Positions 63,331 to 64,000 of a DNA stretch of 64,000 bases are shown piece by piece. The DNA lies in NCBI GenBank assembly GCA_964497925.1, contig CAZCFE010000005.1:21071-85070 (forward strand), given 5' to 3'. Each line of letters begins with the position of its first letter. The first letter of the stretch is position 1. The stretch comes from an uncultured Alphaproteobacteria bacterium. Lineage in GTDB: Bacteria > Pseudomonadota > Alphaproteobacteria > CAIYWZ01. The notes beneath the pieces were generated by a model. That model was not told the DNA's origin and ran no database searches. It was given only the letters and a program-made list of their open reading frames with translations. A program made the position numbers and the translations under genes.

Positions 63331-63944
63331 GAAAGTCTCTCCTCTAATGATTTTACAGCAGATTTTGACAGGACTAAAATATCTCTTCTCAAAATATCAT
63401 ACACATTTGCACCTTGTTGTGGCAATAGATCAATCAATGGAATGTTTGAAACAGCCTTTGAAAAATTAGCATTCACCTCCACGCCATCAATAAACAAAAG
63501 AGATGCTCCAAATGCATGAACATTATTAATCACATCTTGCGTTTTGTGGGTTTGAAGTTTGAAGTCATCAACAATAACCAACTTACCTTGTGCCGCTTTT
63601 GCAGATAATGCTGTTCTTAAGCCTAATGCCCTAACTTTTTTAGGGAGATCGTGTGCGTGGGAACGTGGTGTCGGACCAAAAATAACAGCACCACCTCTAA
63701 ATTGTGGAGATCTCAAGCTTCCTTGACGCGCATTACCTGTTCCTTTTTGACGGAAAGGTTTTCTGGTTGTACCGCTCACATGAGCAATTGTTTTTGTCGA
63801 GTGTGTCCCCTGCTGCCTTTTTGCAAGCTGCCAACGAACAACGCGGGCTAAAATATCAGGCCTTGCAGGAAGTCCGAAAACAGAATCATTCAGATTAATG
63901 TCTCCAACGACCTCATTATTTAAATTTCTAACATTAATTTTCAT
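63327..63944 (-). CDS. rplD: 50S ribosomal protein L4.
   Basis: Conserved L4 sequence. Confidence 0.93.
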   Translation of the reverse strand: MKINVRNLNNEVVGDINLNDSVFGLPARPDILARVVRWQLAKRQQGTHSTKTIAHVSGTTRKPFRQKGTGNARQGSLRSPQFRGGAVIFGPTPRSHAHDLPKKVRALGLRTALSAKAAQGKLVIVDDFKLQTHKTQDVINNVHAFGASLLFIDGVEVNANFSKAVSNIPLIDLLPQQGANVYDILRRDILVLSKSAVKSLEERLS

Positions 63945-64000
63945 TGGAGGATCCCTCTTCTTGGACTGCCATTACGCTATCTGCAACATTTTTTCTAACC
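63934..64000 (-). CDS. rplC: 50S ribosomal protein L3, extreme 3' end (partial; the gene continues beyond the window).
   Basis: Only one reading frame is open to the window edge. It ends ...[21 protein letters not shown], with a TAA that overlaps the first codons of rplD. This is the expected S10-operon position. Confidence 0.55.
   Translation of the reverse strand, partial: VRKNVADSVMAVQEEGSSNEN

Noticed and set aside
1-64000. A search for mobile elements, prophage, integrons, toxin-antitoxin pairs or defence islands.
   Set aside because: I found no transposase, integrase, recombinase or phage-structural genes, no terminal inverted repeats or att-like duplications, and no small adjacent gene pairs typical of toxin-antitoxin systems. 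The window is conserved core genome.

Overview
This is a 64 kb, AT-rich window (roughly 35-40% GC by eye) of densely packed core genome from an alphaproteobacterium. The genome looks reduced and probably host-associated; both of these are inference from gene content and composition. Genes are tightly spaced or overlapping and intergenic spacers are short. I found no rRNA, tRNA, CRISPR array, transposase, integrase or prophage remnant.

The + strand carries, in order:
- secA (3' part), thrS and infC, followed by an MFS transporter and a GNAT acetyltransferase.
- A tandem pair of cysteine desulfurases (NifS-like and IscS).
- An orphan gene for a predicted secreted protein, then a HIT protein and serS.
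- An NlpD-like M23 lipoprotein, then an uncharacterised pair of a membrane protein and a lipoprotein.
- Further along: a DUF2948-like gene with hemH and hemJ, then rho, bioY, ruvX, a permease, an Rsm22-like methyltransferase, priA and a beta-carbonic anhydrase.
- Acetoacetyl-CoA synthetase, holB, a DUF465 gene, aspartate aminotransferase, mfd and potABC.

The - strand carries:
- A COG2984-type ABC transporter (three genes).
- The H+-pyrophosphatase gene.
- glmM, ftsH, tilS, cpoB and pal.
- acnA, then comEC, rarA and degP.
- The fused S10-spc-alpha ribosomal protein operon from rplC (partial) to rplQ, with secY, adk and rpoA. It lacks rpmJ and infA, as is typical of alphaproteobacteria.

I do not see an obvious novel defence or mobile system in this window. 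The points most worth a second look are:
- Three lineage-specific predicted secreted or membrane proteins that sit in AT-rich spacers inside otherwise conserved neighbourhoods.
- An unannotated AUU start for infC.
- A comEC gene whose product lacks the metallo-beta-lactamase domain.
- Two clean intrinsic terminators.
- Several N-terminal over-extensions in the ORF track.
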